This document shows, one piece after another, positions 45,980 to 54,437 of a stretch of 64,000 nt of DNA (position 1 is the stretch's first letter; every line of letters begins with the position of its first letter). Made by a program: the position numbers and the translations under genes. The notes under the pieces were generated by a model. It worked only from the letters and a program-made list of their open reading frames with translations. It searched no databases and was not told the DNA's origin. The stretch comes from Thermoanaerobaculales bacterium. GTDB lineage: Bacteria > Acidobacteriota > Thermoanaerobaculia > Thermoanaerobaculales > Sulfomarinibacteraceae. The stretch lies in the NCBI GenBank assembly GCA_035358815.1, contig DAOPQC010000009.1:2405-66404 (forward strand). Reading direction: 5' to 3'.

Positions 45980-47353
45980 TCACGGGCTGGTGACGGACCA
46001 CGCGGTGGTGGTGCCGGACTCGAAGCCGTCGGAGAACAGCGGCTCGCCGCCGCCCTCGAAGATGCAGACGCCGATCGCCTGCGGGACGTAGTTGGTCAGG
46101 ATGTTCTCGATCACCCGGTCGTGGAACTCCATCAGGTTGTCGCCGCAGCCGGCGATGTGGCAGTAGCTCATCACCGTCCCGGGCCCGCCCGGGCACGAGA
46201 TCGGGCCCTGGTAGCAGCCGGCCTCGCCCGAGTAGCACTCGTCGATCGGCGGCTCGTAGCAGTGGGTGTGTCGGGACCCGAAGTTGTGGCCGAGCTCGTG
46301 GCCAACGATGAAGGCGTCGCCGGCGAGGTAGTCGATCTTGAACACCTTGTTGAAGCTGTAGCCGTAGGAGTGCGAGCACAGCCCGCCGAGCCAGGCGATG
46401 CCGGAGGCCGAGTAATCGGACGGCGACTTGCCCGAGAGCATCGCCGCCAGGGCGCGGTCGACGTTGCCGTAGTGGGCGCTCCAGTACGAGGAGAACTCGC
46501 TCAGCTCGGCGGCCGACGCCGCTCCGCCGCTGTTCTGGTTGTAGGGGTCCGATCCGACTCGCAGGATGGTGTCGCCCTGGAGGAGCGTCACGTCGAGGTC
46601 GCGCTCGTACATCACGTTCATCGCCGCCACCAGGTCGGCGATGTAGTCGAGCGCGGCGGCCTGGTTGTTGCCGAACTTGAGCTGCATGAGCTCGGTGTCG
46701 GTGTCGAACGCGATGACGGCCTCGAGGCCGGCGGAGGACACCGCCTCCGCCGGCGCCCGGTCCCCGGGCGGCAACGGCTCGAGTGGGGCCTCGAGCGTCG
46801 CGTCCCCGGCGGAGCAGGTCCACGGCTGCACCGTCCAGCCCTCGGCGGCCAGGCGCTCGGCCGCGGACACGACCAGCAGATCGGCGCCGGCTGGGATCAG
46901 GTCGTAGACCGTGCCGTCGGCGATCACGAACCCGCGCAGGCTGCGGGTGGCCGGATCGAGCGAGAGCAGGATCCGGCCCTCCCCGCCGGCGAGCTCGCCC
47001 CACAGGTGGATGCGGGACGAAGCGGCCAGGGGCGTGACCCCGGCCGGGCTCACCAGGAGCCGGAGCGCCATGAGGTCGACGATCTGGTGGCGGGCGACGA
47101 TGACCGGACGGCGCTGTCCGGGGGCGACCGGCCACGCCTCGATGGTCACCTGCGCGCCCGGGGCTGCCGCCGCGAGCCGGTCGAGCACCGTGGCCGGGAC
47201 GACGACGCGCTCCCGAAGGACGCCGCCGGGCGAGACCTCGAGGCGGCCGGGGATCGCCTCTGCGATCGTGATGCCAGCGGCTGCCGAGGCGCCGCTCAGC
47301 GCCGACAGCAGGACCAGCCAGACCGCGGTCGCGGTACGGCATCGAGATGACAT
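45980..47353 (-). CDS. Secreted reprolysin-like (M12B-like) zinc metalloprotease
   Basis: ATG 47353. Signal peptide ...[11 protein letters not shown]. Zinc site [13 protein letters not shown]. Met-turn region TVMSYC. C-terminal tail [19 protein letters not shown]. Confidence 0.75.
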   Translation of the reverse strand: MSSRCRTATAVWLVLLSALSGASAAAGITIAEAIPGRLEVSPGGVLRERVVVPATVLDRLAAAAPGAQVTIEAWPVAPGQRRPVIVARHQIVDLMALRLLVSPAGVTPLAASSRIHLWGELAGGEGRILLSLDPATRSLRGFVIADGTVYDLIPAGADLLVVSAAERLAAEGWTVQPWTCSAGDATLEAPLEPLPPGDRAPAEAVSSAGLEAVIAFDTDTELMQLKFGNNQAAALDYIADLVAAMNVMYERDLDVTLLQGDTILRVGSDPYNQNSGGAASAAELSEFSSYWSAHYGNVDRALAAMLSGKSPSDYSASGIAWLGGLCSHSYGYSFNKVFKIDYLAGDAFIVGHELGHNFGSRHTHCYEPPIDECYSGEAGCYQGPISCPGGPGTVMSYCHIAGCGDNLMEFHDRVIENILTNYVPQAIGVCIFEGGGEPLFSDGFESGTTTAWSVTSP

Positions 47354-47454
47354 CTCAACGCTGGAGATGCTCCTGGCGATGGGGTCCTCCGTCCTCCGAG
47401 GAACCGGTTCCCGGGGCGGTTGAAGTTCGGAGTGACCCCCCTCACAATCACCCG

Positions 47455-47964
47455 GTGCAGGTGGTTCTCGGCCTCGGCGGCAACCTGGGTGACGTGCCGG
47501 CCGCGCTCGTCGCCGCGCGTGCGCAGCTCGGAGCATGGACGCAGGTGCTGGCCGCGTCGCGGCTCTACCGGACGGCGCCGGTGGGCCCGGTCGCGCAGCC
47601 GCCCTTCCTCAACGCGGCGCTGCTCGTCGGCGTCGACCTCGGCCTCGGCGAGCTGCTCGAGCGGTGTCACGAGCTGGAGGCCGCGGCCGGCCGGAACCGT
47701 GCGGGCGAGCCGCGCTGGGGCCCGCGGCCGCTCGACATCGACCTGCTGGCTGCGCGTGACATCGTCCACCGCGGACCGCGGCTCGAGCTGCCCCACCCCC
47801 GCCTCCACGACCGCGCGTTCGCGCTCGTGCCGGCGGCGGAGGTGGTGGGCGGCTGGATCCACGCGCCGTTCGGCCGGACCCTCGACGCGCTGGCAGCGGA
47901 CGCGCTGGGGCGCGACCCCGCCGCGATCCTCGAGGTCGTCCCGGACGATCGCTGGCGGACCTGA
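47455..47964 (+). CDS. folK: 2-amino-4-hydroxy-6-hydroxymethyldihydropteridine diphosphokinase (HPPK)
   Basis: LGLGGNLGD, SRLYRTAPVG, PRPLDIDLL, and LPHPRLHDRAFAL. GTG start at 47455 (or 47461). Confidence 0.8.
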   Translation: MQVVLGLGGNLGDVPAALVAARAQLGAWTQVLAASRLYRTAPVGPVAQPPFLNAALLVGVDLGLGELLERCHELEAAAGRNRAGEPRWGPRPLDIDLLAARDIVHRGPRLELPHPRLHDRAFALVPAAEVVGGWIHAPFGRTLDALAADALGRDPAAILEVVPDDRWRT

Positions 47965-48046
47965 GCGGCGCCGGCCGAGGCTTGGCAGGTCTCGGGGCGC
48001 GCGCTACACTGCCCGACCGCGGCGACGCGCCGCAGGAGGTTTCGAC

Positions 48047-49621
48047 ATGAGTGCGAAGCGTGGGGGCACCAGGAAGAACGCGAAGGCCACGGCGACGGCT
48101 CTCGACAAGCTGGGGATCGGTCCCCTGCTCGGGCTCCAGCCGGTCAATCAGGGCGCGTGCACCGGGAAGTGGATCTCGTGTGCGGGCGGCCAGGAGCTGA
48201 TCTCGGTCAGCCCGGCGGACGGCTCGCCGATCGCCGCTGTGCGGCAGGCCGACGAGGCCGCGTACGAAAAGGTCGTTGCGGAGGCTGTGGCCGCGTTCCC
48301 GGCCTGGCGGATGACGCCGGCACCGGCGCGCGGCGAGGTCGTCCGCGACCTGGGCAACGAGCTCCGCGCGGTCAAGGAGCCGCTCGGCAAGCTGGTGTCG
48401 CTCGAGATGGGGAAGATCCTCTCCGAAGGGCTCGGCGAGGTCCAGGAGATGATCGACATGTGCGACTTCGCGGTCGGGCTGTCGCGCCAGCTCTCCGGTC
48501 CGACGATGGCCTCCGAGCGCCCGCGCCACCGGATGTACGAGCAGTGGCATCCGCTGGGGGTGGTCGGCATCATCACCGCCTTCAACTTCCCGGTGGCGGT
48601 CTGGGCGTGGAACGCGGCGCTGGCCGCGGTGTGCGGCGACACCATGGTCTGGAAGCCGTCGTCCGACACCCCGCTGACCGCGATCGCGGTCCAGAACATC
48701 TGCAACCGGGTGATGGAGCGGCACAATCTCTCCGGGATCTTCAACCTGGTGATCGGCCCCGGCCGCACCGTTGGCGAGCGGATGATCAACGACCGGCGGG
48801 TGCCGCTGGTCTCGTTCACCGGCTCGACCGCGATGGGCCGGCGCGTGTCCCAGGCCACGGCCACCCGCTTCGGGCGCAGCATCCTCGAGCTCGGCGGCAA
48901 CAACGCGATCCTGGTCGAGCCGGACGCCGATCTCGACCTGACGCTGCGCGCCGTCCTGTTCGCCGCGGTCGGCACCGCCGGCCAGCGCTGCACCTCCCTG
49001 CGCCGGCTGTTCCTGCACAAGAAGATCGCGAAGCAGTTCCTGGCCCGTCTGGTCAAGGCCTACGGCAGCATCACGATCGGCAACCCACTCGAGAAGGGCG
49101 TGCTGATGGGTCCGCTGGTCAACGCGGCCGCGGTCGAGGACTACCTCGCGGCACTCGCCACGGCCCGCAAGCAAGGCGGCAAGATCCTGTACGGTGGCGG
49201 CGTGGTCGACCGGCGTGGATTCTTCGTCGAGCCGGCCATCGTCAAGCTCTCGTCGCAGGTCCCGATCGCCCGCGAGGAGACGTTCGCGCCGATCCTCTAC
49301 GTCATGGAGTACGACGACCTCGAGCAGGCGATCGCGGTCCACAACTCGGTCGACCAGGGCCTGTCCTCCGCGGTCTTCACCTCGAGCATGTACTCGGCGG
49401 AGAAGTTCCTCTCCCACGAGGGCTCGGACTGCGGCATCGCCAACGTCAACATCGGCACCTCCGGTGCCGAGATCGGCGGCGCCTTCGGCGGCGAGAAGGA
49501 GACTGGCGGCGGGCGCGAGGCGGGATCGGACGCCTGGAAGGCCTACATGCGGCGCCAGACCTGCACCATCAACTGGAGCAGTCAGCTGCCGCTCGCGCAG
49601 GGCGTGAAGTTCGACGTCTAG
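48047..49621 (+). CDS. Aldehyde dehydrogenase, ALDH7/alpha-aminoadipic (piperideine-6-carboxylate) semialdehyde dehydrogenase-like
   Basis: FTGSTAMGR, ELGGNNA, and catalytic Cys GTAGQRCTS. ALDH7-type C-terminus: NVNIGTSGAEIGGAFGGEKETGGGREAGSDAWKAYMRR. Confidence 0.85.
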   Translation: MSAKRGGTRKNAKATATALDKLGIGPLLGLQPVNQGACTGKWISCAGGQELISVSPADGSPIAAVRQADEAAYEKVVAEAVAAFPAWRMTPAPARGEVVRDLGNELRAVKEPLGKLVSLEMGKILSEGLGEVQEMIDMCDFAVGLSRQLSGPTMASERPRHRMYEQWHPLGVVGIITAFNFPVAVWAWNAALAAVCGDTMVWKPSSDTPLTAIAVQNICNRVMERHNLSGIFNLVIGPGRTVGERMINDRRVPLVSFTGSTAMGRRVSQATATRFGRSILELGGNNAILVEPDADLDLTLRAVLFAAVGTAGQRCTSLRRLFLHKKIAKQFLARLVKAYGSITIGNPLEKGVLMGPLVNAAAVEDYLAALATARKQGGKILYGGGVVDRRGFFVEPAIVKLSSQVPIAREETFAPILYVMEYDDLEQAIAVHNSVDQGLSSAVFTSSMYSAEKFLSHEGSDCGIANVNIGTSGAEIGGAFGGEKETGGGREAGSDAWKAYMRRQTCTINWSSQLPLAQGVKFDV

Positions 49622-49700
49622 GTGTTCGCGCCGCGTTGGCCTCTTCGGAGCACGGCGTAGCCCGCAGTGCTGGCGATCGGCCTCCGCGGCGCGAACACCT
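49620..49700 (+). other. 16-bp perfect inverted repeat (long stem-loop) abutting the ALDH stop codon
   Basis: aggtgttcgcgccgcg (49620-49635) pairs with cgcggcgcgaacacct (49685-49700). 49-nt loop with internal gcac/gtgc helix. No T-run. Confidence 0.7.
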
Positions 49701-49786
49701 CGGGATGCGCTGCGCGCATCCAATTGCGGTGCGGGGCGGAGGCCGGCGTCAAGCACCTCGACAGCGGGCGCGCATCGGGTTTGGTA

Positions 49787-49924
49787 CGTTCCCGTTCCCG
49801 TGCCCGCTCCCGTACCCGATGGCGGATTCCTGCCCACTATTGCGCGGAGCCGTGGGAGCCAAGCCGGTTTCACCTCCGTCCTCTTCTGCAATCGGGAACG
49901 GGGACGGGAACGGGAGCGGGAACG
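49787..49924. repeat. Mosaic intergenic repeat locus F (34-nt alpha module, 70-nt core, inverted 34-nt alpha module)
   Basis: cgttcccgttcccgtgcccgctcccgtacccgat at 49787-49820 is 32/34 identical to 29125-29158. atcgggaacggggacgggaacgggagcgggaacg at 49891-49924. The arms are ~85% complementary. Confidence 0.9.
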
Positions 49925-50033
49925 ATCAGGAGACAGCCGTCGGGATGAACGGTCGGCGCGGCTGTGGGCGACCTCGTTGATCATGCGGTGGCGGCGTCCG
50001 GCGAGTTTTCATTCGTCGACTGAATTGAATAGT

Positions 50034-51386
50034 ATGGGCGGCATGGAAGGCCGCATTCTGATCGTCGATGACGACGCCTCGGTCCGCACCGTGCTGCGCC
50101 GGATCCTGGGCTCTGCCGGGTACAGCGTGCAGGAGGCGGGTGACGCGTTCCAGGCCCTCGACCTGCTCGATGCCCAGCCCCCGGACGCCGCCCTGCTCGA
50201 CCTCAAGATGCCCGGCATGGACGGGCTCGGGCTGATCGCCAACCTGCGCCAGCGCGGCCTCGAGATCCCGGTCGTGGTGCTGACCGGTCACGGCGACGAG
50301 TTCACCTCCCAGCAGGTGCTCGACGCCGGGGCCGCCGCCTACCTCACCAAGCCGCCCGACCGGGCCGACCTCCTGCTCGCGGTGCGCGGCGCGGTCGCCC
50401 AGGGCCGGGTGGCCCGGGAGCTGGCCGAGGCGGAGGAGCCGCCGCCGCTGCTCGGCACGAGTGTCGCCGTCGAGCTGGTCCGGCAGCAGATCGCCAGGGT
50501 CGCGCCGTCCCACGCCACGGTCCTCATCCAGGGCGAGTCGGGGACCGGCAAGGAGCTGGTGGCCCGCCGCCTGCACCACCTCTCGGAGCGGGCCCGGCGG
50601 CCGTTCGTCCGTGTCAACTGCGCGGCGATCCCGAGCGAGCTCATCGAGTCCGAGCTGTTCGGCCACGAGAAGGGATCGTTCACCGGCGCCCACCGCCGGC
50701 AGATCGGCAAGTTCGTCCAGGCCGACAGCGGCACCATCTTCCTCGACGAGGTCGGCGACATGAGCCTGAGCACCCAGGCCAAGGTGCTGCGGGTGCTGCA
50801 GGACGGCGAGGTCGAGCCGGTCGGCGCCGGCCGTCCGTTCCAGGTCGACGTGCGGGTGGTGGCGGCCACCAACAAGGACCTGCCGGCCAACGTCCGCGAG
50901 GCCACCTTCCGCGAGGACCTCTACTACCGGCTGGCGGTGGTGGTGCTGGTGACCCCGCCGCTGCGCGACCACCTGGACGACATTCCGCTCCTGGTCGACC
51001 ACTTCACCGCCCACTACTGCCGCGAGTACAACCGCCGCCCCAAGCGGTGGAGCCCGGCGGCGCTTGAGCAGCTGCGCCGGCACCGCTGGCCGGGGAACGT
51101 CCGCGAGCTGAAGAACGTCGTCGAGCGGGCCGTCATCATGGAGCTCGAGGACACCATCGACCGGGTCGCGATCGCCGGCGCTCCGGGCGCGGCCGCGGGC
51201 GCCGAGAGCCTGCTCGATGCGTCGACGCTGGCCGCGTTCCAGCAGGCGTCCGAGATCGCCTACCTGCGCCACCAGCTCGACCGCCACGGCTGGAACGTCG
51301 CCGCGACGGCACGGGCCATCGACACCCCGCGCTCGAACCTCTACAAGAAGCTCCAGGCGTATGGGATCAGCCGGGAGGACACGTGA
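50034..51386 (+). CDS. NtrC-family sigma-54-dependent response regulator
   Basis: Receiver domain (ILIVDDD...[11 protein letters not shown]). AAA+ domain with GESGTGKE and [16 protein letters not shown]-terminal Fis-type HTH. Start ATG 50034 or 50043. Confidence 0.9.
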   Translation: MGGMEGRILIVDDDASVRTVLRRILGSAGYSVQEAGDAFQALDLLDAQPPDAALLDLKMPGMDGLGLIANLRQRGLEIPVVVLTGHGDEFTSQQVLDAGAAAYLTKPPDRADLLLAVRGAVAQGRVARELAEAEEPPPLLGTSVAVELVRQQIARVAPSHATVLIQGESGTGKELVARRLHHLSERARRPFVRVNCAAIPSELIESELFGHEKGSFTGAHRRQIGKFVQADSGTIFLDEVGDMSLSTQAKVLRVLQDGEVEPVGAGRPFQVDVRVVAATNKDLPANVREATFREDLYYRLAVVVLVTPPLRDHLDDIPLLVDHFTAHYCREYNRRPKRWSPAALEQLRRHRWPGNVRELKNVVERAVIMELEDTIDRVAIAGAPGAAAGAESLLDASTLAAFQQASEIAYLRHQLDRHGWNVAATARAIDTPRSNLYKKLQAYGISREDT

Positions 51387-51967
51387 TCAACTGCATCACC
51401 CTCGCCGATCTGGCGGTCCATGGCGCCCACCAGAAGGGCCACTTTCGCCTCTCCTCCGGGCTCCACTCGTCCGACTACCTGCAGTGCGCCCTCTACCTCG
51501 CCAACCCGGTGCGCGCCGAGCGCGCCGGCCAGGAGCTGGCGCAGTCGATCACCGCGGCGATGGTCGAGCCGGGTGCGATCGTCGCACCAGCCCTCGGCGG
51601 GCTGATCATCGGGCACGAGACCGCGCGAGCGTTCAGGGTGCCGTTCTTCTTCACCGAGCGGGTGGAGGGGAAGATGGCGCTGCGCCGGGGCTTCGGGGTC
51701 GATCCCAAGCAGGCGATCGTGGTCGTCGAGGACGTGGTGACGACCGGCGGCTCGTCGAACGAGGTCATCGACCTGCTCGAGGGCCTCGGCGCCTGCGTCA
51801 TCGGCGTCGCGTCGCTGGTGAACCGCTCGGACGCTGACAACCCCTTCGACCCTCGGCCCTACACCGCCCTGCTGCGGGCCTCGTTCCCGACCTGGAAGCC
51901 CACCGCATGCCCGCTCTGCCGGCAGGGCAGGCCGCTCGTCAAGCCGGGGTCGAGGCCGGTCAAGTAG
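51383..51967 (+). CDS. pyrE: Orotate phosphoribosyltransferase
   Basis: GHFRLSSGLHS and the PRPP loop VVVVEDVVTTGGS. The GTG start overlaps the stop of the upstream regulator (gtga). Confidence 0.85.
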   Translation: MINCITLADLAVHGAHQKGHFRLSSGLHSSDYLQCALYLANPVRAERAGQELAQSITAAMVEPGAIVAPALGGLIIGHETARAFRVPFFFTERVEGKMALRRGFGVDPKQAIVVVEDVVTTGGSSNEVIDLLEGLGACVIGVASLVNRSDADNPFDPRPYTALLRASFPTWKPTACPLCRQGRPLVKPGSRPVK

Positions 51968-51973
51968 CGCTCA

Positions 51974-52410
51974 GGGGATAGCGATGAGGGGATAGGGGCT
52001 AGGGCCCCTGCCCGCCCGCTGCCGGCTGCACGGACGGCTTCGTTCCCGTTCCCGTTCCCGTGCCCGCGCCGATCCGCCTCCGCGCGCGACGTCGTTCCCG
52101 TTCCCGTTCCCGTTCCCGAACCCGCGCCCGCTTCCGCGCCCGGTTCCGAGCGACGTTTCGCTCCCCTTCCCGTTCCCGTCCCCGTTCCCGATCCCGTGTC
52201 CGCTCCCGCTCGTTCGCTCCGTCCTCGAGAGCGCTTCGCGCCGATTCTCTGGAAGCGCTCCCCGAGGGTGCCACCTTTGGCGATTTCGGGTCCTGAGCAA
52301 TTTGTCAGGAGCATCGTCGTCCCGAAATCGCCAAAGATGGCACGCCCGCGGGAGGCGCTTCCCTCGCTCTCTCCTCGTCCCCGGGGAGCGGAAGCGGGTG
52401 CGGGCGCAGC
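51974..52410. repeat. Mosaic intergenic repeat locus G (gamma G-array, three C-rich hexamer arrays, 113-nt imperfect palindrome, beta G-array)
   Basis: Gamma array at 51974-52004. C-arrays at 52041-52070, 52093-52147 and 52164-52212. Palindrome at 52251-52363 with 23-nt arms (52268-52290 / 52321-52343, 1 mismatch) and apical hairpin tcctga/tcagga. gagcggaagcgggtgcgggcgc at ~52385-52410. Confidence 0.9.
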
Positions 52411-52426
52411 CAGGTTCGCCCTGGCC

Positions 52427-52879
52427 TTACGAATCGTCCTTGCGGCCGCGCGTGAAGACCTCCTGCCACGCGGCGACCTCGCTCGACGACAGCTTGGCCT
52501 CGGCGCGGGCCCTCGGCGGCGTGGGCCGAGGGCGCGTGCTCCACTCGGCCAGCGTACGGACAGTGGCCCCGCGTTCGCGGGCGCGTCCCGCGAGGCCGCG
52601 GTCGTCGGTCACCACGACCCACTCACGGGCCCTCCGCCCGGCCGGGATCCTGCTGATGATCACGTCGTCGGCGGAGGCGGCGCCGGAGTGGACGATGGTC
52701 ACCCGGCCCAGCGCCTCCTGGGCCGGCGCGCCGGCGGCCGGCGGACCGTCGAACACCACCACCACCGACATCCGCTCGTGTCGGGTCGCCTCCAGCACCA
52801 GCGCGCGAACGGCCGGGCGCGACCGGGCCGATCGCGGGAGACTGTGGAGGAGGTTGGTGCCGTCGACGAGGAGCGGCAT
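52427..52879 (-). CDS. NYN/YacP-like (PIN-fold) predicted RNA-binding nuclease domain protein
   Basis: ATG 52879 overlaps the upstream stop (ATGA). MPLLVDGTNLLH..., VVVFDG, and DDVIISRI...VVVTDDRGL resemble the YacP/NYN layout. Confidence 0.6.
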   Translation of the reverse strand: MPLLVDGTNLLHSLPRSARSRPAVRALVLEATRHERMSVVVVFDGPPAAGAPAQEALGRVTIVHSGAASADDVIISRIPAGRRAREWVVVTDDRGLAGRARERGATVRTLAEWSTRPRPTPPRARAEAKLSSSEVAAWQEVFTRGRKDDS

Positions 52880-54432
52880 CAGCCGCGCTGCTGCTGGGCG
52901 CGGCGCAGCAGGCGCTCGAGCTCGCGCTTGCCGGCCAGCTCCTTGTACATCTGCTTGGCGCGCGGGTTGTCGGGATCCGCGGCGAGAGCCTTCTCGAGCG
53001 CCTTGCGCTCGCGCTCCTGGTTGCGGCGGCGGCGCCAGAACAGCGCCAGCTCGAGCCACGCCTCGACGTGCTCGGGGTCGACCTCGATGGCGCGGCGCAT
53101 CGCCGCCAGGGCGCGATTGGTCCACAGCGGGTTGCGGAGCAGGAGCTGGGCCAGCTTCACCAGCTCTGTGGGTCGGGGGTCGAGCTTGCAGGCGTGCTCG
53201 AGGAGCTGGATCGCGAGGTAGAACTCGCCCTCGCGGACCAGCTCGTCGGCCCGCTTGAGGTTGGCCTCGACGACGGCGCTGCGCGCGCCGACGTCGGCGG
53301 CGGCTCGCTGGGCCGGCTCGGCGAGCCGCTCGCGCTCCTTCTGCACCTCCTGGAGGATCTTGTCGTAGCGCTCACGGCTTCGCCAGTCGGACAGCACCTG
53401 GTGCGCCTCCGTGGCGCGCTCGCAGATCGCCTCCAGCTCGGCGCCGAGGTCCTTGAGGTGTCGCTCCGAAACACGGGCCGGCGAGTACCGCTCCTTGATC
53501 CGCTGCAGGGCCCGATTCACCTCGTCGCGGTCGGCGCCGGGCCGGAGCCCGAGCGCTCCGTAGTGGTCGACGCGCCGGCCTTCCTCGGCAAGCCGCCGGA
53601 TGCTCTGCCGTTCCTGGCGCTGGATCTCGGCGAGCGTCTCCTCCTTCACCGACGGGGTCGCGGCCGGCTGCTCGCCCGGTGCCTGCGGCCGCGCCGGGGC
53701 GGCACGCCGGGTCGCGTCACCGACCGAGACCACGCCGGCCGCGATCAGGGGGTAGAGGGTGGCGATCGCCTGCTCGTCGGGCAGCGCCGAGACCTGGAAC
53801 AGGTCCGAGATCGTCCGCGTGCCCTCGAGGCGGCTCAGCAGGAAGCCCTCGGTCGGGGTGAGGTTGAAGTCCTGCAGCAGGAGGTCGAACTCGCGGGAGC
53901 GCCACACCGTGCGTTCGAGGGAGCCGAGCGCCGCGAGCTTCGCTCGATGGTCGTCGCAGGCGCGGGCCGCGATCAGGATGATCTGCGCGGTGAACAGGTC
54001 GGGCAGGGTGTCAGGCTGTCCCGAGCCCTCCTCGGCGACGTACTCGTAGAACAGGGCCGGCTCCGCCGCCGCTCTCCGGATGATCGCCAGCGTCAGCTCC
54101 TGGAGCTCGCGCTGCAGCACCGCCGCTTCGAGGCTGCCGCGCGCCACCAGGAGATGGCCGAGTGGCGGGGCCTCCTCCCCGCCCTGCGAGAGCAGCGACA
54201 GGGCGCGGTCGTCCTCGCTGATGATGCCGCGGTCCACAAGCCACATCCCGAGCTTTTCGTCCTCGATGCTCGAGCGGGCCGCCCGGATCTCTCCCTTGAC
54301 GAACATGATCTCGCGCCGCGTCCGACTGGTGGCGACGGCGAGGATTCCGGTTGCGGCCTCTCTGGCCAGCCGCGCGAGGTGGTCCGGCAGCGCCGTGCTC
54401 AGCTCGAGCCGCACCACGGAGTCGCCGCTCAT
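52879..54432 (-). CDS. DUF4388-like N-domain / J-domain (DnaJ-like) / TPR protein
   Basis: ATG 54432. N-terminal GILAV....REIMFVKGEIRAA (DUF4388/PATAN-like). The J-domain-like helix pair DHYGALGLRPGADRDEVNRALQRIKERYSP lacks a canonical HPD (has YSP). C-terminal TPR helices. Confidence 0.65.
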   Translation of the reverse strand: MSGDSVVRLELSTALPDHLARLAREAATGILAVATSRTRREIMFVKGEIRAARSSIEDEKLGMWLVDRGIISEDDRALSLLSQGGEEAPPLGHLLVARGSLEAAVLQRELQELTLAIIRRAAAEPALFYEYVAEEGSGQPDTLPDLFTAQIILIAARACDDHRAKLAALGSLERTVWRSREFDLLLQDFNLTPTEGFLLSRLEGTRTISDLFQVSALPDEQAIATLYPLIAAGVVSVGDATRRAAPARPQAPGEQPAATPSVKEETLAEIQRQERQSIRRLAEEGRRVDHYGALGLRPGADRDEVNRALQRIKERYSPARVSERHLKDLGAELEAICERATEAHQVLSDWRSRERYDKILQEVQKERERLAEPAQRAAADVGARSAVVEANLKRADELVREGEFYLAIQLLEHACKLDPRPTELVKLAQLLLRNPLWTNRALAAMRRAIEVDPEHVEAWLELALFWRRRRNQERERKALEKALAADPDNPRAKQMYKELAGKRELERLLRRAQQQRG

Positions 54433-54437
54433 CGCCG

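Noticed and set aside
51859-52314. ORFs translating through repeat DNA. Examples: 51859..52314 (GTGTGTG...), 51999..52274 (RERERE...), 34608..35162, 35937..36176, 38488..38709, 29117..29446 and 55691..56398.
   Set aside because: Their periodic dipeptide or low-complexity sequences are direct read-outs of the hexamer/heptamer repeats or of tRNA genes. They have no start context and no homology-like features.
29070-52410. Hexamer/heptamer arrays as CRISPR arrays.
   Set aside because: The periods are 6-7 nt (25 nt for delta), there are no unique spacers of 25-40 nt, and there are no cas genes.
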